The notes under the pieces: generated by a model
Told to the model about the DNA's origin: nothing
The model's database searches: none
Seen by the model: only the letters and a program-made list of their open reading frames with translations
Made by a program: the position numbers and the translations under genes
Part shown: positions 50,267-64,000 of the stretch, piece by piece
How the letters are laid out: each line of letters opens with the position of its first letter
Numbering within the stretch: position 1 is the first letter of the stretch
Origin: Bugula neritina
Lineage: Eukaryota; Animalia; Bryozoa
Assembly (NCBI GenBank): GCA_964035545.1
Contig: OZ037770.1
Location: 12,514,642-12,578,641 of the forward strand
Length of the DNA stretch: 64,000 bases
Reading direction: 5' to 3'

Positions 50267-52281
50267 TGGTTTCAGTGAATATTGTAAAATCTCGCGTACT
50301 TAAGTGTTTATTAAGAACTTTGCTCGCTCATTGGCTTCAAAGCTTTGATGTTTCAATGTGATTTTTTGCATAGAAAAAGCTGAACTCATACATTTTCTGT
50401 TGGTATTTTTATGTGTACTCATCTATTGCATTACTAGAACAAATTGTCTAATAAATGCATTTATAGAACGTGAATTGCAATATAAAGGAGTAAAATGGCA
50501 AAGAGTAGGCCTATTGTATTTATGAACTCAATACTTAAAACAAAGGCTTGAGTTATACTCCATGAGTTAAAATTTATACTCAATCATTGGATAAGCTCTT
50601 GCCATATCCTAACTATACTTATTATTTTGTTTTCAATAATATGATATTTTTGTGACGCTTAATACGTTTCTTTTGTTTTTTAGTAGTTATGAGATGGAGA
50701 GCTCATTTATTTTTGTGGCTGGAAAATGTATAATGTGATATGCTTTTGGGTTTATAGCAAAGAACAATATAAATAAAATTTCACAACTGTAATATTTTTT
50801 ACTAAATGAACACATAACAGATAAAAGTGTGCACAAAGATTTTTTGTTTTATAGCCATTTATGGGTGATGAGCGGACAGAGTATTGAATATTTCATTAAC
50901 ATAAATGTGACATGTAGCTTCTAATCCTGATTCTTTAATAAATAAACATGCAAATTCCATAGACATAGAGTTGAGTGCAGTGCAAACAGCTTGAGCGTTA
51001 TGATTACATAATTTGCAACTGAGTTGTTAATATAAGTCTCAAGGGCTATACATAAAGTTATATAAGAATATAATAATATACTGATTTTGTTCTTTGAACT
51101 ATGCTATAAAGATCTTGTAATTGAAGAAGGTGTTTAAACTCCGCAATAAAAATATTATTTGCACACTAAATATTGATTAAATAAATAGCTACCTGTATCT
51201 GCATATATTATACATGTATGTATATTATGTTGATCAATTGTTCAAATGTTGCTCAGAAGTGATCGAGAGGGGCTTAAAGGTAAAAAAAGACTTGTATTTT
51301 ACTAAACTTGTAAAAACGTTACGTTCCAAGTCTCTTTTACAGTACATAATTTATGACTCACTACAAGTTGACACCTGAATCTCTAAAAAATAATCTAAGA
51401 GCTTACAAAGTATTTCTCATATGCATTGATTTTATTCTAAGCATTGATATTATAAGCACTTTGTTAGTATATATATTATCAACTAGTTTGAGCTGTCTTT
51501 CCTAGTATGTGATAAATATAACCTGTTAGTCTAAATTCTAAAAGTTCTCTAACTCTGAAGGCTGTAACAAAGAAGAAATGCAAAGGCTAACGGTTTACCA
51601 AGCTCACAAACCACTCTGTCCACACATACATTGTGGGACTTTTCTCATCTCCTCTTTCACAATCTACTATGCTTAGAATCTAGTCTAAATTAGCTCAAGA
51701 TTTTCTGCTTTTATTAATATATTTTGTTTTTCGGGGCTTTTTAGTCGTATTGTAATTGCATTGTGTTATTATATTTTTATAACTGTTTGTGCTAACAACA
51801 TGCAGCTTTTACTTTGCTTAAAACTGTTTTGTTTTGCTATTAAGCTGTTGATAAGTCACCCTATAGGTTTATATTATGTTAAAGATAAGATTAGAAGCTC
51901 TGTCACATTATGTTAATAAAAGGTCCTATACTCTGTCAGCTCATTACTCTTAAGTGGCCTTTAAAACAAGCTTCCCTCCGATAATGTGTGCTTGCTTTCA
52001 TCTGCTTCATGTTATTTTGTTTACAATATTATGCTTATGACATAACACCAACTGTGTTCATTTGTATTGAACTTTGCTATATAGACAAGAGATTCCCAGC
52101 CACGTAAGAAATTAAATTCCATCCATTGTTGTCGCCAAAACGAAATAAAACTTTTTTTCAACAGATATATGACATTGAAAACAAAATAATAAGTATATAT
52201 AGTTAGAATATAGCCATAACTTCTCACATGATTGAGTTGAAGCTGTAAACAGATTAAGGGTGTTTTTCAAACGAGCCCTAA

Positions 52282-52624
52282 GCCTAGGGCCACACTGTGC
52301 GTATTTTCGCATGCGAAAATTGAAATCACAAGTAGCAAAGGTGTCCACTGTGCTCGTTGAGAAAACCTTCGCACTTGTCGCTCTACATTCTCAACGCAAG
52401 TGCGAATCGTCTTTGTCGTCGTCACCTAATTGGCTGATAGTTATTCAGCGAGCCCAACTTCTTTATTTTAGTGCTACATTCCAGTAAATTGTGTTTTATT
52501 GAAAGCAGTGCGATTTAAAAATGAAAACTTTGTTTATCATGCATCACTGACGCTACAGTGGACACCTTTGCTACTTGTGATTTCAATTTTCGCATGCGAA
52601 AATACGCACCGTGTGGCCCTAGGC
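52282..52624. mobile_element. PIF/Harbinger-type MITE
   Basis: TAA|GCCTAGGGCC...GGCCCTAGGC|TAA. Inverted copy of 29343-29686. Confidence 0.88.
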
Positions 52625-52950
52625 TAAGTGAAAAAAAGCATTGGCTGATAATATTGAGTTGGTGCTTTAAACACTCATATAATATAAATAATACAAATAG
52701 TAGACAACTCATTGATTCTAGTGATGTAATAAATATAAGAACACATAAAAACACCGACAGAAAAAGTATGAGTTCAGCATTTCTTTACAACAAAGATCAT
52801 TGAAGCATCGAAGCTTTGAAACCAATAAGTGAGTGAAGTTCTTAGTAAACACAAGTACACCATAAGCTGATAACTTATTGTTAGATATGACAATATTTGC
52901 CAATACTATTCACATAGATGTAGTATCATATTGTACTCTACTACCAAAAG

Positions 52951-53774
52951 CTAATAACCATGAACTTCAATCTCGTGAAGGTTTATTTCCGTTGTAGCGT
53001 TAAGCAGAATCTGGACAAAACGGCCACTGATTGGTTGATCACATGTAATCAAAGTGAAGTATTGATTGAGATAACCATCAACATATTTACACAGAACTTC
53101 TCTGTTAGATCCAGTAAACTCAATATCTTCCTCTACCATAGCAACTGTTACTTCTGTGTTGACTGCTCTCTGGCTATACTCTGTCTCTATAAAAAAAACA
53201 TAAAATATCTTATGTACAATAGTGTCCTTTGTTCTATAAAGCCACTAGAAATATATATTATATGTATATATATATTTATATATATATATATATATTATCA
53301 AGGAGGCAGCTACAAAATTTAAGTACTTTTAAAAACAGCAGACAAACAGATAGACAGACAGACTGACTTACCCGTATATCTATTTAGAATGTACACAGCC
53401 CAGACACAGCGTACATCTCCCAGGTCTACTCTCCACCATGGTCTAGTCTCATTTTTACTGTGTGACATTGAAGAAAGTTCGTTTAGTAGTATATAGAATC
53501 CATCAACCGCATTAGATGCTTCAAAGTTGTAAACACGATAAGTATGAAGAGAAGACATCTTTGCAAATTTATCTAAAAATTATTGATTTGAAATTAAATT
53601 TTTAAATTCTAAAATTTCTCATGTTATTATGATACAACGTTGTGCACTTTCAAAAATGAAATAGGTTATATGAAATTTTGTTTAAAGATTTCCTTTTAAA
53701 AGTTGCTGAACCTCAACAGGGACAAGCAATTGTATTAGTGGGTATGCGTTTGTGATACAATAACCATATATACA

Positions 53775-53823
<49 letters not shown>

Positions 53824-54821
53824 AATTATGGCATATTTATAAAAACTATGCTCACTTCTAGCCAGTATTTTACTGAATCTTTCTCCGACATCTGCTCTGA
53901 TGTAGAAATCAGAATCATCTCCCTGTCCTTCAGAATACAGATTAGGGTTAACACATGTTTTAACAGAGCACATATTAATTAGCCAGTCATATGTGAATCC
54001 ATTGCATTCTTCTCTTCTCATACAATCAAAGCCACAGTAGAGAGTGGAAATGGCTGTCCCAGAGTCATGTTGTGAAATGTTGGATAGAGATTCTGGCATG
54101 ACATAACTCTTGTAGAGGACAGTCTGGTAACCAGATACAGCCAGAGCTGTGACATTTAGCAGTAACACTGCAACAATAAATTTATATTTAAACTTGGTAG
54201 AAAAACTGATATGTTTAAAGTATTTTACATCTTTTTTAAGAGTTAGAATGTTTTTCTCTATAAATTATTGCCAGAAGAAAAAGTGAACCGGTAAATGATA
54301 TCTGCAGGTTTTACTGCTTTCATCTTCTGTTTAAAAATATTACTCTGGTTTTACAATTGCAACAACTTTGCTGCTCCCAATTTGCAACTAATACATTTGC
54401 TAGCTATATAAGAATAATATTTTTTTAATTTCAATTGAGTTTGTCTGTTATAATTTTTTTTTCATATAAAGATATATAAAATGTTTATTTAGCTTTTTTT
54501 ATTAACAAACTGTAGGCTAGCTACTAGTGATTGTCATACTTCTAAACAAGCCACTTCTCTAAGAAGAAAGTTCAACATCAAATTAAAAACAGCAACAAAC
54601 AATTAACTGTCTTGAACAAAAATTTATAGATGCACTAACTATATGGACGCCAATAACATTGGTAGAATTGGTATACAAAAGTATAAATTATACTTCACTA
54701 GATTTTATTAGATCCTGTTAATTAGCATATTAATTATATGAAACATATTGTTCGGATATAAAAAGAGTTTGAGAAAATAAATAAACTTACCAAATCTTTT
54801 TGCAAAAACCCTGTCGGCCAT
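52951..54821 (-). CDS. Secreted PAN/Apple + F-type lectin (fucolectin-like) domain protein, 259 aa, intact
   Basis: Exons 54821-54791, 54167-53856, 53572-53372, 53186-52951. It has a hydrophobic leader, a PAN-like CGFDCMRREECNGFTY...C pattern, and FTLD motifs ASNAVDG, SH, PWWRVDLG, ILNR, CDQPISGRFVQI and LHEIEV. Confidence 0.85.
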
Positions 54822-56314
54822 TTTCTTACTTGTAGTCGCCTAGCAATATTGCAGTAAGTTATCTGGATAGAGGAATCTTGCAGCTAAACCACAACTGAGC
54901 ATGCACTCTACTTTAGCAGTTTATGATTTTTTGATTGCTTTATTGACAATTATATATGCAATTATTTCAAAAGCAATAATTAAAACATTAGAAGCAATTC
55001 TGGCTTTAATTTACTGATTTTGAAAGTTTATTTCCTTTTTTGTTTATTTGAATATTGCCATATTGATTTCAATTGTTTCCTTTTAAAAGATCAACAAAGC
55101 TGCGTAATCTCAATGTCTTATAAAACCATATTGAATTTTAATGAATGCTGTGAGTCAATTAAAATATTAATTTAAAAAATTCATTAATTCAGTATATTCA
55201 ACTTTATAACTTATTATTTCTTTTTGAATAATATCTAGAACTCTATAACGATCAATATATATGCATAATATTTTTTGGTTCCCATGGCCACCATGCTAGC
55301 TATAGAAGCAAGATGTAAAAAAGCTTGAATTCTAGGTACTTACATACATAAGGTTTCTTATAACAAGCTCATTCAGTTAGCTGGACTAGGGCACATTCTT
55401 GCATAGTTCAGCATGCAGTTGTATTTTGATATAATATATTTCGCCCATGTAATATAATGGGCAGCTATAGAAATCTAAATTTAGATCAGTCATCCTTCTT
55501 TCAATTAGGCTGCATCAATTAAAGTGATGATCTCAGTATATAAGGCTTGATCTGCTTTGTGTTCTTTTGCTTGAAATATTATATGCTCATAAAAAATTAT
55601 ACCAATGTACGCAGACAACAGCTTACGTTTTTATTTATTTTCATTGAGAATTAAAAATATAGAATGATACACTTTTCAGTGTCAAGATAATACTAAAAGT
55701 ACAACAATTCTAACACGTCACATCACTTAACAAAGGTCTTCATAGTACTTATGACTTTGAATATAAAACAGTATAGGCAATAATTAAAATGAAATAGTAG
55801 GCTAAATGAAGTACATTTCTACACAAACAACTGCACAAAACTATACGCATATAATTCAAATTAGGGCTGCATTGTTTGGATACTTTGAAAAGACATTGCT
55901 GCAGTAATTTAATTTTAAGTAAACACCATTCAGGAAGCTCAACTCTAGAATTTCGGTCATCAATTTCATTCTAATCAATTTGCACATTATTGAAAATTCT
56001 CAGTGAAAGAAGTTTACAACAGATATGGCGGCACTACTGCACTAGTGAATAAAGTTGATTTGTTGGGTTTTAATCTGGCAGCAAGTAATCTATCAAAACA
56101 TGGCAGCTTTAGTTTTAGCAGCTTTTCACTGCAAACCATCATTCAGAAGAATTCAGTGGCCAGACTTTTAATAGAGTTTTTAGAGACTTTAAGTAGGGAG
56201 GAGCTAATGATTTACTGTTTACATCACTAAACTGTTTATCAGAATCCATTTACATAGAAGTAGACTGAGATTTATTCATGTAGAAATTGATTTACTTACC
56301 CTATTAGAAGCTTA

Positions 56315-56500
56315 CTAGACTTGAACTTTAACCTCGTAAAGGTTTACAGCTGTTGTGGCATTAAACAGAATCTGGACAAAGCGACCACTGATTGGTTGAT
56401 TACATGTAATCAGAGTGTAGTATTGGTTGAGATAACCATCAACATATTTACGCAGAACGTCTCCATTAAATCCAATAAACTCTATATCTTCCTCCACCAT
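56315..56500 (-). pseudogene. Truncated F-type lectin terminal exon
   Basis: MVEEDIEF...CNQPISGRFVQILFNATTAVNLYEVKV. The 5' part is replaced by a microsatellite. Confidence 0.8.
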
Positions 56501-56511
56501 ATATATGTGTG

Positions 56512-56579
<68 letters not shown>

Positions 56580-56586
56580 TGTGTGC
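56501..56586. repeat. (GT)n/(GCGT)n microsatellite
   Basis: Visible compound run. Confidence 0.95.
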
Positions 56587-56983
56587 ATGTGATATTGCTT
56601 TTAACCACATTATAAACTTGTTGTAATAAAATGATACAATTACAATACAACTGCAAAACCCAAAAAAGCAAAACATATAATAAAATATTATTGAGATGAA
56701 TTAGACTGGATTTTGAGCAAAGTAAATTTTCAAAGGGGTGTTCGGAAGAGTCCCGCAATGTTTGTATGTCTAAGTTGCAAGTCATAAATTATGTACCATA
56801 AAGAAAACTCAGAATATATTGTTTAAAAGTCACTGGAGATCCAGAAAAAGAATGATGTTTTTCACTTGCAACTTTTCAGTTTTTAGCCTCCTCACCTAGG
56901 AACAAAGTTTTGTTCATATATATAAATATATATATAGAACTTATATTTATATGTGTGTTTGTGAGTGCATGTTATATGTGTAA

Positions 56984-57164
56984 AGGCCTGGCCTCACGAT
57001 CGTGAGAATCACACGAAATGGTGTGACAATTTTCGTGAGTTATCCTTTTGTTTTGACCAGCCACACACTCGTCGGACGAAACTCCTTCAAATTTTCTCGT
57101 ACAAATAATTTTTTGTTTCAAATAGACGATTTTGTATGATTTTCACGATTGTGTGGCCAGGCCT
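56984..57164. mobile_element. PIF/Harbinger-type MITE (internally deleted)
   Basis: TAA|AGGCCTGGCCTCAC...GTGTGGCCAGGCCT|TAA. Confidence 0.85.
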
Positions 57165-57744
57165 TAAAAGTCAAAAAGTAATTGCCTACAATGTTTCAAG
57201 CATGTTTATTTTACTCATATGCTTTTCTCTTAAGCATGTTCAGTTTATGCATATGCTTTTCTCTGCTAGCTTTTATATAATTTAGTTATTATGTTGATTT
57301 AAAATTTTTGTCATAGAGTTTTGGAAATGCAAAGTAGCAAAGTTTAACAAATACTAAAATAAAAGATTTCATTAAACTAATGTGTTTCTCTGTATATAGA
57401 TTTATGGAGAAAATGAATGCTGCAGAACAAATGTGTTGCCCAACATTAATTGTAAGTTATAATTACTTTTTCACTTATCCTTAATGTCCCTCTTTGAAAT
57501 CCTTCTTGGGAGAAAGTTGATTACAAGCGTTATCAGCAGGCTCAAGCAACTTATGTGCGGTGAAAGGAAATTAAACTTGTGTTTTTATATAACTTTAATC
57601 ATGTTTTACGTTAATTGCTTTTACGTTGAGCTGCTCCAGTAAAGTAAACATTTAACGTTTTGCTCGTGTGTGATGCGTCTGGTTTAGCTAAAAAGATATT
57701 TTGCTATACAAGATCATTTGACTGTTGCTAAAGATTTTGAAATA

Positions 57745-60043
57745 ATGAATGCCAAATTCTTGGGAGGCATATTTAGTAAGTTGAGAATTTAAAAACTATA
57801 AGCTGTTTACAGTGTTTCAATATATGCAATACTTAATATTATAATATTATAAAAGGCCTTACCAAATTGATAATAAATGTATAAATATAAACTTTTTATT
57901 AAAAATTTACTAACTACCACAATGATAATAAATACTAAAATAAACAAAAAGGAAATTTTATGTTTTAGTTGTATTTTTATCATATAATAGTCCAAACTCC
58001 ATAGTGTTATTATACTTGTTAAACATCAAAAAGTGTAATTATGACATTTCATGTTGAAATTCTTGTTAACTCTTCTCATTATAATGCTCACAAAAATATA
58101 CTTTTTTACTTGATTTGTTATAGTGCTGTTGGTAGAACTTACAGCTCTGGCTGTATTTGGCTACCAGACTGTCCTCTACAAGAGTTATGTCATGCCAGAA
58201 TCTCTCTCCAACATTTCACAACATGACTCTGGGACAGCCATCTCTACCAGCTACTGTGGCTTTGATTGTATGAAAAGAGAAGAATGCAATGGATTCACAT
58301 TTGATTGGCTAACCAAGAAGTGCTCTGTTAAAACATGTGTTAACCCTAATCTGTATCCTGAAGGACAGGGAGATGATTCTGATTTCTACATCAGAGCAGA
58401 TGTTGGAGAAAGTTTCAGTAAATTACTGGCTAGACGTAAGTGTTAATAAAATTACATTTTTTTAAACTTGCTTCCTTTTAGATGCATTTTTAGTGAAAGT
58501 TAAATTAATTAAAATATTTTAGTTATACGTTCATTTATATATTAATATAATCAGTTAAACATGCTTTATATTTTGCACTTGTTTTAAATGAAATCTAACT
58601 TCATATTTTATATTTCAATAATTAGTATAATCGGTAAAATTTATATTACATAGAACACTCAATATTTGAAACAAGACTTTCATAATTTCAAAGGAATATA
58701 CACTATAAAAAACAATAAATTAAAAAAGTTTAAGTTTATGCAATAGAAATTTCAAACTTTACCAAAAAAAATGTTTCTTATAGGTAAACCAGCAAAGCTG
58801 TCTTCTGTATACACTGATCCCTTTGGAGTGTATTCATATGAAGGAGAAAAGGCTGTAGACGGAATCTATAACATATCAGATAGGCTTAAATCATTGTCAA
58901 ATAGTCAGTATGAGAGTAGACCATGGTGGAGAGTAGACCATGGTGGAGAGTAGACCATGGTGGAGAGTAGACCTGGGAGATGTACACTGTGTCTGGGCTG
59001 TTTACATTCTCAACAGATTTACAAGTAAGTTAAACTGTCTATTTGGTATAACAGTTAAAGTCTGCTCGGAAAAATTGTCAACATTTTCACCAAAGAATAA
59101 TCTTGTAAAGGCAAAATTTACTTTGACTTAACATGATAATATTCTTTTTATAGAATTACAGTTTGATATGTTTGTTTACAATTTTGCCACTTGAGACTTT
59201 AAAACTATCAAACTAGGTACATTGCTAAATTTATAGTTGCTACACCTACTAACAGCAGACCACTTCTTCAGCTGACATGTAGCAAGCTGAAGCTGCTGAT
59301 ATCAAGGTCTGGCTATATGTTTATCACTTTTGCTTAATTTTTTATGTTGCTTAAAAATTAAATACTTATCTTGCACAAGCAGAGCTCATGATTCTGTTAG
59401 AGTTTTGCAACTATAATTATAAAGAATATACAGAAACAATTTTTGGCAATAACCAGCCTCTTCATAATTATAGGTAAAACATGAATTATTATTGTAATTT
59501 ATTCATGCGGATTAGGCATTTTTGTAAAGGTTTGTTATCTGCAGTGAAAAAAATAAAATTATAATACGTTATATAGGTATTGAAAACAATTAATAAGTTT
59601 TGTCATGTTTACCTTTATTTAAACTAGCATTAAAATATTCTATATTAAACACATAATCTTTCAGTTTTTTTAGGAATATTTTATTTTTTGTTCATTTTTA
59701 TTTAGATTTTTAATGCGCATGATGTTAGTTATATATTAAGGCTATATACGACACACACAATTTCAAAACAGAAAACAAATTATAGAATATAAGCTGTATT
59801 TTTCTAGAAGTACATTACAGCCAGAGATCAGTCAACACAGAAGTAACGGTTTCTATGGTAGAGGAAGAAATAGAGTTTACTGGATCTAACAGAGAAGTTC
59901 TGTGTAAATATGTTGATGGTTATCTCAACCAATACTACACTCTGATTACATGTGATCAACCAATCAGTGGCCGCTTTGTCCAAATTCTGTTTAATGCTAA
60001 AACCGAATTAAACCTTTATGAGGTTGAAGTTCATGGTTATTAG
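57745..60043 (+). pseudogene. PAN/Apple + F-type lectin gene frameshifted by a 17-bp repeat expansion
   Basis: Exons 57745-57775, 58124-58435, 58784-59024, 59808-60043 mirror the intact paralogue. An extra 34 bp in exon 3 gives TAG at 58951-58953. Confidence 0.85.
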
Positions 60044-61933
60044 GCCTTCAGTAGTCTATTCAGTAAACAGATTACTCGACTCTAAGCCAGCATATTGCTT
60101 CTATGTTAAAATGATTTTTATGAAGAGTCTATAGTATATCTAACATTAGCTTCTCCTTCCTTAAATTGTCTGAAAACTCTACTAAAGGTCTGCTCACATG
60201 GGACAGAATTCTTTCTGAATATATATACAGTTAATATATATGCAGTGAATCAGCGCTAAAAATAAACTTGCCACAACTCTGATACATTGCTCACTGCCAG
60301 ATAAAAACCCAACAAACAAACTGCATGTATTCATTTTAATGTAGTTATCTTATCATGTTTAAATTGTTTCACTTTAATCTAGTTCTACATTCGACATTGA
60401 TTGGAATACATAGTTAGGTAACTGAAGTTCTGGAGTTAAGTTTCTTGAAGGGTGTTTAGTTGAAACTAAATAATTGCAGCAAAAACTTTCCAAAATGTCT
60501 AAACAACGCAGCCCTGTTTTGAAATTTATATATCTGCATAGTTTTGTTTAATTGTTATTGTGCAGAAATTTACTCTATCTATATCCAGTCTAGCTTGCTA
60601 CTATTTTGCTTTATTTATTGTTGATCATCATGATTTCAACGTCACAATATTGTAATGAAATTCACTGCAATAAATGTGGAATCGCACTTTTTCTTATTGA
60701 CGTGACAATTTCTAATTGTTGTTTTCTTGATGCTATAAAGTATATAATATTATGTAGCTTTTTGAATTTTTAATAAAAATCAATATGAATATAAAGTATT
60801 GTCGGTGTAAAAGAAAACCTATTATTGTAAACTGAATGTCGCAAGCAAAATATAAATAAGAATATTATGCAGAAATGCAGTCACTTTATGCAACCTAATT
60901 GATGCAATTTACAACATACAGTGATCATTGAGCTCTCTAACTCCTAGAGCTACTTAAGCTCTTTAGCTTGAGTTTATACACTTCTTAAATATGATTTAGT
61001 AGAAACATGAGTTTCTACTATTGCGAGGGTTTGGGCCATATGGTACTCTATTCATTGCTAATGAGGGGACAAAAACAGCTGTTAATTGTACAGAGATTTA
61101 CTGCGAAGGGGGGGGGGGGAAACTTAATTCTTAACTGGGTGCAGAGTGCAAATATACATATCTCTACTGTTAGAGTTTAATCCATGCATGAGGAATAAAT
61201 AGTTGTTAAAAGGCTAGTAGTAAACTTATTTATACATCATACTATACAGTATACCTTATAGTCATAATATGTAAACACATTAGTGTATTTATAGTGCACT
61301 AATTCATTGGAAGATTGAAGACCATCAGTTCAACTAATATACTATAGTGACTTTTTTATATAAAAATGCATAAATAAAATATTAATCCATTGAAAATTCA
61401 GCCATTTTTATATAATGCTTATATTGATTCTTTTAGCCAATGGTTGCTTAGAAACAAAGCATATATTGACCTTGAGAGCTCTGAAAATAATTAAAATGCA
61501 GTTTATAAATATAAACTTGAATATTATACTAAATTAATTGCTTTTTCAAATCAATATTTTACTTGAAATGCGTTTTCGTTTGAGTCTAACATGGTTTCAT
61601 ATTACACCAATCTTACACAGTTTTGTTTTATTTTTAAAATGAAACGGTTGCAATCAATATATAGATATTTTTAAATAACTAACAACGTGAATGACACTTC
61701 GAAATAACATTGTTGAAGACAGAATCCCATCTGATGTTTAAATTAATGCTTTTAGAACAATTACATGCTTGCATGTATACGTTCAATAATAAAATTTACA
61801 AAATTTTGCATTATAATATATAATAATATAATATAATGCAGTATATTATTGTAATAATATACATATAGCTATAAAGGCAATATATTATTATATTATACAT
61901 GTTTAATGTTCCATATTGAAGCATTTATAATAC

Positions 61934-62278
61934 CAGGGGTGTCCTACCTTTTCAGACTGAGGGCCTTTGAGAGGGAATATTTAGGTGGGAAGGGCCACAT
62001 TGTGAACTAAAGTTTGAGCTGGGGACCACAGCACTAGTAATTTTTAAAATACTTTATATTCCAAATTCTTTTTAATCATAACACTATCGAGCCCAATAGT
62101 TACTAGCTATACAGGCTGCATGTTTTGTAGCATGTATATAAATAGGACATATTTAAAAGATGGTTTTTCACACTAATTTATATATGTGTAGAAAACAATT
62201 TTATTTGTTATGTCTCTGAGGGTCACATAAACGTAAGCTGGGGCCAGATATCCGGCCCCGGGGCCCTGGACAGCCCTG
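61934..62278. mobile_element. hAT-type MITE
   Basis: CAGGGGTGTCC ... GGACAGCCCTG termini with GGGCC subterminal motifs. The TSD is degenerate. Confidence 0.6.
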
Positions 62279-63250
62279 ATCTATACTATTATATCTGTGC
62301 TATAAATGACCATATGCAGTTTCAATTGAAATGAGATTTTATAATGTTAATAACACAATTTATTATAACTGCTATATTATATTGCTATAACAAATCATGA
62401 TCATACATGTATCAGTACATGCTGTCTTATAGTATTTTATTCAATGCTGAACAACTTTCTTCTTATAGAAGTGCTGTGTTCCACAATATGACAATCACTG
62501 CTCTTCTAAAATTTGCTAATAAGCACTAAATATGTATATTTTTGTGGATAAAAACGCTGTTTGATAATATTTTTATTTTCTAAAAAAATTCTTTAAATAA
62601 CTTTAAAGGAGCTTTAGAAGAAGCAATGAACTGAATAAAGTAAAATATATTTGTATACATTATCATAAGAGTAGAGCTATATAAAGGTCATGAGGTTTCC
62701 ATAATTATCTAGCCTTGTGTTAATTATTTATATAGACACTGGATATAGTTACAAATTGGAAGCAGCTCCATCTAAATTCAGACTATTGCATCAATTTAAT
62801 TCATTGAGAAAAGACAATGCAACTTTTTATAAAATGTGGTAAAATAATTTAAAAAGAACTGATGATCATTTTTATCAACCATAAACCTATGAACCAGCAG
62901 CACGCTGATCATATAAAACGTTTGATGTTTGATATCGTGATTTTGCATTTCTCTCTACTCCTGAATATACATGTTTCATTTTAGTTTTACTGAAAAGTAA
63001 TTTTATAAATTATTAATAGTTACAAGCCATTCAAGTACTTGATTGAAATTAGGTTTCTTTGTTGTATATATATCTGTGTAATTTGAATCAATATTTAATC
63101 ACTATTATTATTATAATTCCAAGAAAGCGCTCAATAAAATAATAAATAAGTAAAATAATACTTATCTTATATGACTCTTTGACTTAGAGAAATAATTTCC
63201 TCTGAAAACGTATGCTAGGAAATTTTTAGGCAGGTGGAAGTTTTGGGAAA

Positions 63251-64000
63251 TTGGCTGGCAGATTCGTGGCACTTAGGTTTAGTAAGTTGAGAGTTAATAA
63301 ACTTTTCATCAGTTCTAATAAATTGCAATCTCTTTTATTACACATTCTATATTATATAACGATTTAACTATAACATTAATATGCTGCAACAATATTTTTA
63401 TATACTCAATAGAAAATAATCATAAACTAGAGTTTAATTTATGCTTTAATTTTTTTAATTTTATATCAAGTGGAAAGTTTTTATTATCATACAAATATAT
63501 TTCACTTCCCAAGCATTCATTTATGTCCATTCATAGAAATTTTCTTCAAACACCTAAACATATAGCACAATTGAAGTGATGTTGGACTCAAAATAGCCAT
63601 CTTACAACTAAAAATAATGTATATATATTTGCTAAACATTGTTATTATTTTTGCAACAACGCATGCATGCACACACACACACACACACGTGATCAGGATT
63701 TTAATTTAGAAACTTTCTGAGAGAATTTTCTTTTCAAAAACAAACTGTATATAATATATTTTGGTCGAAAATAAAAAGGCAAAACATTGTAACACACATT
63801 TTGTTCCCAACAGCAAAATTATGTTATAAATAGATTTTGAACTTGAAAAATGTGATTGCTATTCATGCATCTCTTTCTAGATAAATTAGCAAAGATGTCC
63901 TCACTGTATATTCAACATGGCGGACCATAAAACTTTGAAGCAGCATCAGCTGTTGATGGAATCTATAAACTAGGTAATGAGCGTTATTCCCTGGCACATA
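63251..64000 (+). pseudogene. F-type lectin pseudogene (runs off the window)
   Basis: A 31-nt exon-1 homologue at 63251-63281 has TTG in place of ATG. The exon-3 homologue from 63881 (KLAKMSSLY...FEAASAVDG) has an in-frame TAA at 63928-63930. No PAN exon lies between them. Confidence 0.7.

Overview
AT-rich, intron-containing animal (invertebrate-like) genomic DNA, not prokaryotic, so the supplied ORF track catches only exon fragments and repeat artefacts. All gene models below are my own manual splicing (GT-AG sites and exon phases). The window holds two immune/cell-death gene clusters embedded in dense transposon debris. (1) An IAP locus. A minus-strand BIR-BIR-UBA-RING gene (3.4-12.5 kb) lies head-to-head, across a ~10 kb transposon-filled spacer, with a plus-strand array (22.9-47.0 kb) of three tandem BIR-BIR modules. 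Only the first module has a start exon and only the last has RING exons. The exon phases allow all three to splice into one ~1330-aa six-BIR + UBA + RING protein, with a possible short RING-less isoform. (2) A cluster of five secreted PAN/Apple + F-type-lectin gene copies (50-64 kb): one intact, one frameshifted by a 17-bp repeat expansion, three fragmentary. Mobile DNA includes a Penelope-like element carrying a hammerhead ribozyme, LINE and RTE fragments, Gypsy remnants and solo LTRs, nested hAT elements, Tc1, Harbinger-type MITEs, tRNA-derived SINEs, a tandem ~0.8-kb element and a 29-bp TIR-only footprint.
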